Shown: piece by piece, positions 25,081 to 37,415 of the stretch
How positions within the stretch are numbered: position 1 is the stretch's first letter
How the letters are laid out: every line of letters begins with the position of its first letter
DNA from: Octopus vulgaris
Taxonomy: Eukaryota
DNA: 64,000 bases
Reading direction: 5' to 3'
Assembly: GCA_951406725.2 (NCBI GenBank)
Contig: OX597817.1
Span: 142,166,001 to 142,230,000, forward strand
Made by a program: the position numbers and the translations under genes
Notes under the pieces: model-generated
Seen by the model: the letters and a program-made list of their open reading frames with translations, nothing else
What the model was told of the DNA's origin: nothing
Databases searched by the model: none

Positions 25081-26523
25081 GGCATCATATTACACTAAGT
25101 ATAAATTATCTTTTGCACCTGTCATTATAGGTTCATTAGACTATGTACCAACAAATTTATTTTAAGAAAAGGAGAAAAACTAGGTTTTAACAAAATTAAA
25201 AGTAAAAGGAACTAATGCTAATAAGTATTCTTCAAATCCTGTCTATTAGTGACACAGTGAAGATTAGTTAGATATTCCAAACTCCTGAGTGTGTATATCG
25301 ACAGCTCAACCAACACACCAGCTCACCCACTTATTTACAAATACAGGGAATCCTCTTACCTCAAAATGACGTCGCTTTGTTAGCGATCGTCTTCAACTCT
25401 CTCCGAAGAACTAAAACTAAACTTCAAAACAAATTCATGCACATACAAATACAGCACACACATATATAATAACATAAAAGCATGTAATATCAATCAGAAT
25501 GAACATTTAATTGTCTATCATTACATTATATAATATTATTTCATATTTTATTAGTATAAGATTGTAAATAAAACGAGAAAATCGAAGTTGGAATTTTGGA
25601 ATTTCTTTGAATACTATATACATGTGTGTGTGTGTGTGTGTGTGAATTGGGTGAACCAAATAGAAATTAGCACTCAGCACTTTTAGTTGGAGTTGTACGT
25701 ATCTAAATTAGAAGTTAACACGTCTCCACCATAAGTAAAATCAAAATTTCGTTCCACTCTTTCTGGTTCAGTAAAATTCAGATTGCCGGTAGTAAGAGAT
25801 TCAAAGATAGTTAGAGAGAAAAAAGGGGGAGAGAGAGACAGGCAAAGAAACAGATAGACAGACACTTAGTCATATATACAGACATAAAAATAGATATAGT
25901 AATATCTAACTGCATTTTTGTGTGTAGAGCTTAGAAATTATGAAAGAATCATTTCAATCATATTTTAAAAGGTTTTGTAATGGTTTTCTTACGCACTACA
26001 TTTGCAGTTATAGGAATATTTTAGTTCAGCATTTAACAAACAATTACAGCTAAAACACTAAACAAATATAGCAAGCACGATAGAAAATGTAATGCTAAAT
26101 GGAATGAGTGTGATTGCCCGATTCATTAAACTCGCTTCATTATTGCATCGGAATATGTCGAAGTATCTGTTCCTTTACAGAATAATTTCAGTAACAAATA
26201 ATTATTAATTAATTGCAATTTAATTAGTATTACAATACTACTTTGCATTGATTCTCTCGTTTTCACGTGTTTTCTTTGTGATTGCGAATGTTGTTGAACA
26301 ATTAACTATTCATACCAAATTGTAGATACACTTTATGTTTCCGTTACCGCACGCATGTTTACGCTCATACGCATTCAAATATGTGTATACACATATACAC
26401 AAACACACACACATATATATACGTAACGCCTGAGAGCAGATATCTATATATACATGTGTGTAAGGTTGTTTATTTCTATTTGTGTATATATAGATATAAT
26501 ATATACGAATGCATGTATGTGTG

Positions 26524-26593
<70 letters not shown>

Positions 26594-26677
26594 AAGGGTG
26601 GAAAGGAACACACGAGTTGATATATATGAAAAAACAAGTCAAAAATAGAAAATGCTAAGATGATTTTATAGTGAATC

Positions 26678-26721
26678 TTTCAGTACCGGTTTCGGTCATT
26701 TTGAGACCTTTTCAACTGTAA
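26678..26721 (-). ncRNA. Minimal type-I hammerhead ribozyme motif (U3:A8 covariant core)
   Basis: Minus strand: UUACAG UUGAAAA GGUC-UCAAAAU-GACC GAAA CCGG UA CUGAAA. Palindromic stem III ACCGGU; cleavage triplet GUA. Confidence 0.8.
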
Positions 26722-27334
26722 CGATTAAATAATTAAATTTAGAAAAATTAGAAGAAAAGTTTTTTTAAAAGAATATTTCTGTAGTAGTGTTCAGATATAA
26801 GTAGCATTCTGCCTTTCTCTGACTCCCTTGTTTGCACTTGTGTGTTCGAGGTCGTTTTGAGTTCTTGGTAGGATAGGTGAAGAATAAGGAGGCTGATGTG
26901 GAGAGGGGGGTGGGGAAATCTGGGAATGCCTTAATGGTCGTATTTTGAATGGTCAGTGGCTGACAGTAGTCGCAGTTCAATTCAGGAATTGTTTATGGAA
27001 TTTGCGTAGGCGTTATACTGAAAGACATTAGTGACAAGGTTAAGGGGTGGAAGGTGGAGAAGTAGAAGAAGAAGAAGATGACGATGTTGATGATGATGAT
27101 GATGAAGAAGAAGAAGAAGAAGAAGAAGGAGAAGATGGTGGTGATGATGATGACGACGATGATGATGATAATGATGATGATGAAGAAGAAGCGGAAGAAG
27201 AAGAAGAAAAAAACAGAGAAGGGAGAATATGAATGGGTGTAAGTATAGCTGTGATGGGGCTGATTAGTAATGGATTCTATGGAGTGTAATATTTGTGTGT
27301 GTATATATTTCTTTTATTCTAAAGTTGAGGTATA

Positions 27335-28306
27335 TTAATTGTTTGTCGTAGACCCGTTAAGAAGTGGCTTGTATTTTGTAATAAAGAGATTTTCTTTACT
27401 TATTCGTTGTCTCGAGGTTGTATCGTCCCTAAATTGGTAGAGGGGGAAAATTCTGAAGTTTGGTGTTTTTTTGTTGGCGCAAGTATCTATGTGTTGGCTA
27501 AAATCTATTTTTCTGTTTTGGGGAATTTTTATCTGGGATCTGTGCAGGGCCATTCGTTTACGCAAACCATTTTTTGTTTGGCCTATGTACTGCTCTTGAC
27601 ACCCGGAGCAGGTTAGTGAGTATATTAGGTTCTCCGAAGCACATGTGAAGTTGCTTTTCACTGTAAACCGTTGTCCCTGTTTGAAGGAGAACTCTGATCC
27701 CTCAATTAGATAGTCGCATATCCCGCAATTGGGTCTTCCACATTTTTTTACTGTCGGCTTCTGTGTTGAAGAGTGAATTCGGGCTTGTATTAGGAGACTT
27801 TTCATGGATCTAGGCTGTCTTTTGCTTTTTATGATCGTGTGTGTTTGGAGGATTGTGTTCATTCTGTGGTCTTTTTTTAGGAGGGGTATGTTGTGGAGGA
27901 TGGTGTCGAAGGCTTCGTTATTGAGAGGGTTGTGTGTGGAGATGTATGGTAAGGCTTTTGGTTGTAAGTTTTTCTTTGATTTGGGATGTCTCAGTTCCTT
28001 GATGTTAAGTTGAAGGGCACGTTGAATGCACTTGTCAATAAGTGCAGGTGGATAGTTCCTGGTGATAAGGGTATCTTTTAGTTCTTGTAGTCGTGTGTCT
28101 CTGGTGTTTGCGTTCGAGACTATAGTGCATATCCTTTTTGCTAGATTGAAGGGGATATTCATCCTGGTGTGTCTGGGGTGGCATGAATTGAATGGAAGAT
28201 ATTGCTTAGAGTCTGTAGGCTTATAGTACATGTCTGTTTCTATTATATTATTAGCTTTCTTAATGAGGATATCGAGGAAGGGGAGTTGTTGCTGGCTATA
28301 TTCCAT
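27335..28306 (-). CDS. PLE RT thumb + GIY-YIG endonuclease (partial, 323 aa)
   Basis: LPFLDILI, YYKPTDS..YL...SCHPRH, CGRPNCGIC, FTC..NLIYSLTC..C.EQYIGQT, KENLFI..YKPLLN. Confidence 0.93.
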   Translation of the reverse strand: MEYSQQQLPFLDILIKKANNIIETDMYYKPTDSKQYLPFNSCHPRHTRMNIPFNLAKRICTIVSNANTRDTRLQELKDTLITRNYPPALIDKCIQRALQLNIKELRHPKSKKNLQPKALPYISTHNPLNNEAFDTILHNIPLLKKDHRMNTILQTHTIIKSKRQPRSMKSLLIQARIHSSTQKPTVKKCGRPNCGICDYLIEGSEFSFKQGQRFTVKSNFTCASENLIYSLTCSGCQEQYIGQTKNGLRKRMALHRSQIKIPQNRKIDFSQHIDTCANKKTPNFRIFPLYQFRDDTTSRQRISKENLFITKYKPLLNGSTTNN

Positions 28307-28585
28307 CGTGAATTGGATGTTTACGTCCAGTCCGTTTAAAATTTCCTGGAATTCTATGAGATAGATAGATATAGATATAGAGTGGGCACAGAAAAGAAAG
28401 TGATACTTAGCACATTTTGTTGGAGTTACATACGAGCCCGACGAGGTTAGCTTGACGAGCTAACAAAAGAAAAAGCGGAATCAAATTATTATTAAATAAT
28501 ATATAAAATGTGTATGTACGTGTGTTTGTGTATGTGTTCATCTCTATGTGTGTATCTATATATATATGTGTGTGTATACATATAC

Positions 28586-28643
<58 letters not shown>

Positions 28644-29551
28644 GCACATGCATACGTACGTACATACATACATAGATACGTACGTACGTAAGTACATATA
28701 AATATATATAAATACATATACACACATACATACATACAGACATACACACAGACAGATATATACATACATGCATGCATGCATGCATACATACATACATACA
28801 TACATACATACATGCATACATACGTACATATATGCTAAAGAATCCAAAAAGCTATGGCTGTTGTGTTTATAGCAATGTAGAGCCGTTTGTTTTCTTGTTT
28901 GAGTTGGTGATTTTGGTTTCAAATCACCAAATTTAAACCCAATGGAAATTTAGATGGAATTGTTTGTCTCATATTTTTTTTGTTTGTTCTTAGGCGAGTG
29001 TATATACGTTAATTACGAAAAACATCTCTTGAACCCGTTTGTATTATAAACGTTTCAAGTCCTACAGCGTCAAGATCAGTTACTTCTGCTTAGACAATAT
29101 CGCTTCTAACCTCGCAAACTACAATACATGCAAACACACTCACACACATAGAAAGCTTCCTATACATACCTTGAGAACCGCAGCCACGCAAATCATACCA
29201 ACTGCCCACTGGGAGGAACCTGCCTCTCAAAAGCTATGGTGCTGCCCTCACATCACCGACATTACAAGACACAACACACTGAAATTCTAGATATTGTTGG
29301 GTATAACTTGCTTCTTCATATGGTGTATTTTATTTTTATGTTTTTAGATTTTGTCATTCACTGACACTACTTGATTGTCCTTCGTTATGATTCTAATTCT
29401 GATAAGGGCAATCTGAATTTAGCGTTCATGAACATTTCACGCACACACGCGCATGCACACACAGTGTATATTTAATTAAGAACAATCGGGTAGTCCTGAT
29501 TTGGAAATCTCGGACTGCTAGCCTTCGAAGACGTTATATATATATATATAT

Positions 29552-29616
<65 letters not shown>

Positions 29617-29699
29617 ATCCAAACATGAAAATACACACACACACACACGTACGCACACACATACACACACATACACACACACACACATACACACACACG

Positions 29700-29758
<59 letters not shown>

Positions 29759-29761
<3 letters not shown>

Positions 29762-29860
29762 AAAGTGTTTCTCACCTTCCCGAGCGTTAAACTAATATAC
29801 CTGTTTGTTGTTTAAACACCTATCTTCATCTTTTGTTTTTTTTTTGTTGTACATTCCAAC
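29759..29860 (+). mobile_element. Isolated ~100-bp PLE 3' terminus related to the 16814-22488 family
   Basis: ttcccgagcgttaaactaatatac...cacctatcttcatcttttgttt aligns by eye with ttcctgagcgccatactaatac...cacctgccttcgtcttttgttt. (TA)n on both sides. Confidence 0.6.
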
Positions 29861-30019
29861 TATATATGTATATGTATATATATGTGAGATGTACGTGCGT
29901 GCACGTGTGTCTGTATGCATACGTGTATATATAATATTAGCGACGGCAGGACAATTAATACCAGAGGGTACACTTTATATTACTTTTATATATATATATG
30001 TATATATATATATGTGTGG

Positions 30020-30485
30020 GTGTGGGTGTTTGTATCCCTCCCGCCCACTGCTTGACAAACAGTGTTGGTATGTTTACATCCCTTAACATAAGGTGGCGAG
30101 CTGGCAGAACCGTTAGCACGACGGGCGAAATGCGTACCCGTATTTCGTCTGCCGTTACGTTCTGAGTTCAAATTCCACCGAGGTCGACTTTGCCTTTCAT
30201 CCTTTCGGGGTCGATAAATTAAGTACCAGTTACTCACTGAGATCAATATGATCGACTTAATCCGTCTGTCTGTCCTTGTTTCTCCTCTCTGTGTTTAGCC
30301 CCTTGTGGGTAGTAAAGAAATAGGTATGTTTACATCCCCGAATGTACGCAATTAGGTAAAAGATACTGATAGAATACGTACCAGGCAAAATAGTTAAGTA
30401 CTTAATAGATAATAGAGATCGATAAGTTCTGTATCTACAGCATGGCCGCAGTCTGACGACTGAAACAAGAGAAGAATAAAAGATA
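30020..30485 (+). mobile_element. Family A SINE (about 30091-30322) nested inside a family B SINE
   Basis: 16-bp TSD ggtatgtttacatccc at 30067-30082 and 30323-30338. Confidence 0.85.
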
Positions 30486-31224
30486 TACACACTCACACAC
30501 GCACACACACACACGAACACACACGTGACATCAGACCATATTTATTTGTGCTGTTTTAATCCAACTGAAACAAGATGGCGGAATGAACTCACAATCGCGT
30601 AATCATAGCTGTGCCTGATTTCTGTTATGTTTCTTGGGAGTCGAGTGAACGCGTACAAATCACTTTTTTAAAATTTTATTTTTCGGTTCAAGATGGAAAC
30701 AGGTTATATAGTGTAAAGGCATTGACTCAAAATTTCATCTTTTATTTGAATAAAGTTTGTCTTTTATTGAACTGCCACAACTTCGCGTTTCATTTCTGGT
30801 GTATATGGCGGACATTATTGACGATGAAAGGAGACAAATGTCAAAGGTGAAAGATCTCTTGGTGGTTATTCAGGTAAAGTTTTAAATGAGAGTGAAAATT
30901 CTTTACACGTTCGGAATATATCAGAGATGATTTAAGAGAAACGGTTCAGTTTCGAGCTAAAGATGAAAGGTGGTATATTATGGTTCGGTCAGTTTTAAAA
31001 AGAGGCCAATATGCATACAAGTGCAGAAAACTAAATTTCAGGTATATGCTGTGTGTGATATTTAAGGAAAGAGGCAAATGATTCTGTTCGCTTTTGTTCA
31101 AAGAAATAATCATATAAATTGTATTGGACAACATATACAAGTATACACTCGGAGAAATATACACTATTTGAACTGAAAATTTTCCAGCAATACGTTTATC
31201 AGTTTGGGACGTATAATGTAAAGG

Positions 31225-31690
31225 CGCATGCGTGGCTGCGTGGTAAGAAGTTCGCTTTCCAGTTACTTGGTTCTACGTTCCGTTCCATTGCGTAGCACTT
31301 TGGTCAGGTGAATTCTTCTATAGCCTGGGGTCGATAAAAGTGAGTGGGTTTGTTGGACGGAAACTGAAAGAAGCCCATCGTATACATACGATGTACACAT
31401 CGTATACATATATGTGTGTGAGAGACAGTGTGTGTGTGTGTATATATATCTTTATGTGTGTGTGAGTGTATGTGTGCATGTCTATGTGGTGTTTTCCTCC
31501 AACACAGCTGTAATAGGTTTTGGTTGTTTATGAACCCGTAACCCAGCGTTTCGTCGACAGAAACCGATAAAATAACTAAAACGCTTTAAAATATAACAAC
31601 TGGGATTGATCTCTTCGACTTCAGCTTTCAAACTGGTTCACTGACATGGCCGCAGTACAATGACTGAAACAAGTAAAAGATAAAAGGCAA
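31225..31690 (+). mobile_element. Family B SINE, diverged
   Basis: Colinear with 33785-34200. Confidence 0.8.
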
Positions 31691-31699
31691 AAATACACA

Positions 31700-31759
<60 letters not shown>

Positions 31760-31833
31760 ACAGAATATACAATATATACATTAGTTACATTATTTACATT
31801 CGACGGGAATTTGTCCTCATCTTGTTTGTTGTT

Positions 31834-31879
31834 AACACAACGTTTTGGCTGATATACCCTCCAGCCTTCTTCAGGGGTC
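31834..31879 (-). ncRNA. Decayed minimal hammerhead motif in a short PLE-terminus-like fragment (about 31770-31920)
   Basis: Minus strand: GACCC CUGAAGA A GGCUG-loop-CAGCC AAAA CG UU GUGUU. G12 is mutated to A and stem I has one mismatch. Confidence 0.6.
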
Positions 31880-31954
31880 TTGGGGAAACTTCGAACCTGG
31901 TATTTCTAAGGTATTTTTTACAAACACACACGCAAAGATGGCCTTCGCTACGAG

Positions 31955-33191
31955 TTTGTCACGGAATGCCAGACTTGTTAGGGAACTTACTTGAAGAATT
32001 CTGTTTGGTGAACTCAAGACGTTTGCTGTTGTGGGTTTTGAATTGGTTAGGGGTCCCGTTTATATTTTTATTTGTGCGACGAGTCCCCGGGAGATGTGTA
32101 AATGGACAATTATTCTGTAGACATAATATGCTACACTGCGGACAGCGGCAGACTCTATGGTTCCGTGTAACATGAGTTTTTTTTTTAAATTTGACTTAGT
32201 ATTTGGTGAGGGTGGCGGCAGTGGCGATAATGGCGTTGTTTTAGATTGTGCACTTTGATGGTAGTGGCTGTTGTGAGTAGGTATTGAGAGTCTAGTCTCT
32301 GGTAAATGAGTGAATTTGCAATCAGTGTCAGTGCACAGTCTATTACGTATTTTGGGGTTTCGTTTGTAGCCTGTGAGAAGCATAAATTTTAATTTGTGCA
32401 CATTTGTGTTTGGCAAATTCATTAGGGAGTTCTTCAATTAAGCATTTAGTTGGTTGATCACAAATTGGGATGGTAGTAGGTTGAAGCTGTATCTGTTGCT
32501 GTTTTTGAGGTGGTTGTTGTAGCTGTAGTTGTTGATGTTGTTGTTGTGATTTTTGTTGTTGTTGTGATTCTTGTAATTGTTGCTGCTGTTAAAGATTTGA
32601 TGGGTGGGTAACAAACTCTGGTTGAATGGGCTGTGAAGTGCTGGAATCTGAGAAGTTGACCGTTTCATTAAGTAGGTCATAAATTGTTGTTGAATTAAGG
32701 TTTGTTAAAGGTTGAGGCTGGGTCAGTTGTTGCTGCTGTGGTTGTTGTTATTGTTGCTGTGGTGATTGTTGTTGTCTATGCTGAGGTGGTCATTGTTGTT
32801 GCTGTGATGGTTGTGGTTGTTGTTGCTGCAGTGGCTGTTTTTGTGGCCGAGGTGGTTGCTGTTTTTGCCGTGGTTGTTGTTGTTGTTGTTGTTGTTACCA
32901 TGGTAGTGGATGTTGTTTTTGCTGTTGACCGGTATTTGAAGACAAAAACACGTTGGAGTTTTTTTCAATACGTCTATTAATTAATTTAAATGCCATTTCA
33001 ATTTGTTTGAATTTGTTCTGAATCTGCATCTCGGAGCAATTTCTGAAAAGTTGAATTGTACGGTTGGCTATTAGGTCCCGGCATGATATGTCTATGTTCT
33101 CCGTTTGGGCAAGACGGTACCATGAATTTATCAGAAGGTCTATTTCATTCTCAGACCAATTTTGCTTAGATTTATGTTGTTGAGTAGTCAT
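31955..33191 (-). pseudogene. Decayed ORF: Myb/SANT-like N-terminus, Q/P-rich linker, two CCCH-like motifs (possible LINE ORF1 or TE protein)
   Basis: WSENEIDLLINSW...SEMQIQNKFKQI. The frame continues through TAA/TGA codons embedded in CAA runs. Downstream LCTDTDCKFTHLPETR and LCLQNNCPFTHLPGTRR appear after frameshifts. Confidence 0.6.
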
Positions 33192-33279
33192 CTTAGAGTT
33201 TTTTTGTTTTTTTCTTTTAATATATTTGTCTTTTAATTGCCAAAATGAACGAAAAACTGCTGCTCCTCTGTCCCAGACT

Positions 33280-33675
33280 GGTCAACAGAAAGATGGCCAA
33301 TCATTCTTTATGACAATGCTCGACCGCACGTTTCACTAATGACTTTCTAGAAGTTGAGGGAACTTGGCTACGAAGGTATTCCCCACCCAGCTTATTCCCC
33401 AGACCTTTCTCCAACCGACTGCTACTTTTTCAAGCACCTTGATGGTTTCCTGCGAGAGGAGTTCAAAAATCAAACCGATGCTGAAAGTGTGTTCAAAGAG
33501 TTCATCAGCTCCAGAACTCCAGATTTTTATGTTACCGGAATAAACAAACTTGTAATTCGTTGGCAAAAATGTGTTGATTTTAATTGTACCTACATTCATG
33601 AATAAAATTGTTGAAATATATTGTGATGAATTTCATGTTTCAAAATATTGCTTACTTTTTACTCAGCTTGATATA
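33280..33675 (+). mobile_element. mariner transposase 3' fragment
   Basis: DNARPH, HPAYSPDLSPTDCYFFKHL, FYVTGINKLVIRWQKCV. Confidence 0.9.
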
Positions 33676-33727
33676 CTTATAATATAGCCGCAGTGAAATG
33701 ACTTAAACGAGTAAAAGGAACTAAAAG

Positions 33728-33784
<57 letters not shown>

Positions 33785-33785
<1 letters not shown>

Positions 33786-34200
33786 GCGCAGGAGTGGCTG
33801 TTTGGTAAGTAGCTTGCTAACCAACCACATGGTTCCGGGTTCAGTCCCACTGCGTGGCATCTTGGGCAAGTGTCTTCTGCTATAGCCCCGGGCCGACCAA
33901 TGCCTTGTGAGTGGATTTGGTAGACGGAAACTGAAAGAAGCCTGTCGTATATATATATATATATAAGTGTGTGTGAATATGTTTGTGTGTCTGTGTTTGT
34001 TCCCCTAGCATTGCTTGACAACCGATGCTGGTGTGTTTACGTCCCCGTCACTTAGCGGTTCCGCAAAAGAGACCGATAGAATAAGTACTGGGCTTACAAA
34101 GAATAAGTCCCGGGGTCGAGTTGCTCGACTAAAGGCGGTGCTCCAGCATGGCCGCAGTCAAATGACTGAAACAAGTAAAAAGAGTAAAAAAAGAGAAAAA
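33785..34200 (+). mobile_element. Family B SINE, well-preserved reference copy
   Basis: A-box-like TGGCTGTTTGG, B-box-like GGTTCAGTCC, CORE-like cttgggcaagtgtctt, internal (TA)/(TG) tract, A-rich tail. Confidence 0.9.
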
Positions 34201-34203
34201 AGA

Positions 34204-34242
<39 letters not shown>

Positions 34243-34248
<6 letters not shown>

Positions 34249-34712
34249 TTAGAGATAAAACCACTATTAGGCAAATCATACGATGAAAAACTTAAGCGAA
34301 TACATAAGATTAATTAATTTATATTATTTTAAATATATATCAAACTTATTAAAAAAAGATAATTAGTATAACACTACGATCGTTTCATGGCTGTCCAATT
34401 CTTAAAATTTCGAGTTACAGTCATTCTTCGGGTGATTTAAATATCTAAAATATAATCAGAAATATACCCCCCTACTGTCACGTTCGTGTTAGATTGACAG
34501 TATACAACCATTCTATCGCCCCACCACCATACATGTCTCTACGAGAGATTTAGAAATTTAGTATTTCTTATTTAAACAATATTTTTAAGATATAAATAAT
34601 ATATATAATATAATAATTTTACTTATAATAAACTCTATTATCAAACTGGAGACATAGAACTTAACAATTATGATTATATCCAAATCGACTATAATGTTAA
34701 ATATTAATTTTA

Positions 34713-34715
<3 letters not shown>
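34243..34715 (-). mobile_element. Short ORF-less element between (TA)n tracts carrying a hammerhead (solo pLTR or retrozyme-like)
   Basis: (TA)n at 34205-34242 and from 34716; HHR at 34370-34436. Confidence 0.6.
34370..34436 (-). ncRNA. Type-I hammerhead motif (core CCGAAGA)
   Basis: Minus strand: AUCAC CCGAAGA AUGACUGU..ACAGCCAU GAAA CGAUCG UA GUGUU. Palindromic stem III ACGAUCGU. Confidence 0.68.
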
Positions 34716-34754
<39 letters not shown>

Positions 34755-35652
34755 TTAATACGTTCCGACAGATTCCAATGCAAATAAGTTAATTACTGTT
34801 GTGTGTCCAGGAGAACTCGCTTCCTTTCACGACGACTTTGTATACATTGAAACACTCGACTCATTAATACAAAAGATTCCCGGACACCGGTGTCTCAACA
34901 TTGTGGTTTGTTCGTCAGAAGTACTTGGAGCTATTCTAATATGAGCGGATGGTATTGTTTATTATAGCAGCAAACAGTTGATCGGTTGATACGTGCTGAC
35001 ATCTGCTAACCGATGGAGTAATATTTGCAGAATAAGCAGCAAGATACGAAACAGTGGCTTGCATATTATTCTTAATGTTTCGGAAGGATTTGAAACAGTA
35101 ACACAACCAGGATTTGCATCGAGAGAGAGAGAGAGGGAGTGAGAGAGATAGCTTTACAGGCAATCACTTGTTAGCATAGCATTCACACATACATATATAC
35201 CATACATATACATCATATATATATATATAATAACAAAATAATAAATAAAACATACGCATATATACATACATATATGTACGTGCCTACATCTATATGTATA
35301 TATACATGCATATATGGGTACAGCACACCAAAAAAACGTCGAACACAATGAGAAACGAAAAGATAAAAACAAAACCAAGGAAACGAACACTTTTTTAAAC
35401 AACGAAAAAACAGAGTACAAGACAGAAAACACAAGGAAAATTCCCTTTTTTCAGCCACCTCCTATTCGTCTACTCTGTGTTTCGAAGGTAAAGGCGAGAC
35501 ACGACTTCATTGAAATAGTCCTTCCCGCAAAGCAAATTAATTAAAATTTGAGATTTTTTGCGGAGGGGTAAAAGTGGTAACAAAAACTGGACAGTAAAAA
35601 CAATACAAATAAAAACAGTAAAAGACAGGACAAGGAAAATAACAGTAACACA

Positions 35653-35706
<54 letters not shown>

Positions 35707-36069
35707 TTATACCTAAACATAGTAATGGGGCAGATTAAAAGATAAAGGATATCTTGTTAGGTGATAAAGATTACATGGAATTATACAGGAACACTATTCT
35801 TACGATGCGTTTAGGTTAATCTACAACTAGATTAGTTAAATTAGAGATGTGTCTTTGACAGGTAGACATCGTTTAATTAATTTCATACGAATTTTAATTA
35901 CTGCCAAAAAATATACCTATATACATACATGCATGCATACATACATACATACATAAATGCATATTTATATATATATAAATTATATATATATATATATTTA
36001 CCCATGCACAAGTATATATATGTGTGTGTGCGCATGTGTGTGTGTGTGTGTGTGTTTTACGTATACATA

Positions 36070-36375
36070 AGTCATCAGGTGATCGGCCAGGCACTCGGAT
36101 GCTGGTATACGTAGCTGGTCACAATGCGCTCTGTATCAATTTAGCTTTCGAATGATGCCATCCCCTCTGGCTAGGCGGGCAAGTCAACATTCTTTCCTCC
36201 CACCCCTGATCGTAAAACCATCGCAGTGTGCACCCATTTACAGCTGATTGGACTGGAGCAACGTGAAATGAAGGGGTTTTGTCAAAAGCACAGTTCAGTA
36301 CTCAGTCCCGGAATCGAAATCATGATCACTAGATCGTGAGTGCCACAGCCTAACCATGACTCCACACGCCTTCAA
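36070..36375 (-). mobile_element. Family C-type SINE
   Basis: ttagctttcgaatgatgcca...ggactggagcaacgtgaaatgaag is homologous to 8873-9096. Confidence 0.75.
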
Positions 36376-36994
36376 ACATACACTTACGTATGCGTGTCTG
36401 TGTGTGTGTGTGTGTGTCTGTGTGTGTGTATTAATTGTGGTTGGGTGATTGATTGATTGACTGATTGGCTAAATGAATGATCGATCGCTTATCTGAGAAT
36501 GTCAGACTTTGCAATAGACTGCAGTAATCAATGGGTGAATATATTTTCGCACAGCTGAAATGCTTACAACAGAACAAATTAATAATTTCAGCGTGTGCGT
36601 TTCTAGATACAGAGAAGAGCATAAATGCGCATGCGCTCACAGAAATTCATACAGATGTAATATCAATAGCTGGACAAATCGATAGAGCGATACAGAGAGA
36701 AATTGGATTAATTAATTTGTCGACTGATTGAGTTATTGATCCTTTGATTGATTGGTTGTTTAATTGAGATATTCAGCATTGGTAGGAAACAAGAATATTC
36801 AATGTTGATCAAGAAATTTAACAGTTGCAATACCTCAACAGAAATGCTCTCATCTTTCAATTAGATAAAGCGATACACTTTTAAACCAATTAACTTACAA
36901 ACATCTTCAGCTGTAAATGTTAAATACAGAGAAACAAAGTAAAGACTTTTTAAAAGTATGTCTTCGCGATGAGTTTTCGTGTTTGGAGAGAGAT

Positions 36995-37415
36995 CACTCT
37001 TTACTCTTTTATTCTTTTACCCGTCTCAGTCATTTGTTTGCGACCATGCTGGTGCACCGCATTTAGTCGAACTAATCGGTCCCATGACTTATTCTTTGTA
37101 AGACTAGTACTTATTCTATCGGTCTCTTTCGCCGAACTCCAAGCTTACGGGAATGTAAACACACCAATATCGATTGTCAAGCGATGCTGGGCGACAAACG
37201 CAGACACACAAATACATACATACAAACACATATATAATATATATATATATGTGTACGACGGGCTCCTTTCAGTTTCCATCTACCAAATCCACTCACAAGG
37301 CTTTGGTTAGTCCCAGGCTGTACTAGGAAAGACTTGCCCAAGGAACCATGCAGTGGGACTGAACCAGGAAGCATGTGGTTGGAAACCAAGCTTCTTACCA
37401 CACATCCATTCCTGT
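36995..37415 (-). mobile_element. Family B SINE
   Basis: Reverse complement of family B. Confidence 0.85.

Larger units (their letters stand above)
26594..28357 (-). mobile_element. 5'-truncated Penelope-like element, second family
   Basis: RT thumb + GIY-YIG ORF, about 740-bp 3' UTR with a hammerhead, 3' end abutting (TA)n and 5' end abutting (GATA)n. Confidence 0.93.

Noticed and set aside
27047-27232. Acidic D/E-rich ORF
   Set aside because: (GAA/GAT)n microsatellite within the PLE 3' UTR, antisense to the element.
29398-29425. CTGATAAGGGCAATCTGAAT, hammerhead-like
   Set aside because: Core and GAAA are both mutated and stems I and III are unsupported.
35420-35495. Possible type-II-ordered hammerhead on the minus strand (GAAAC...CTGAAAAAAGGG) in a TA-flanked repeat
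   Set aside because: Stem I does not pair and the core is degenerate; would need a family consensus.
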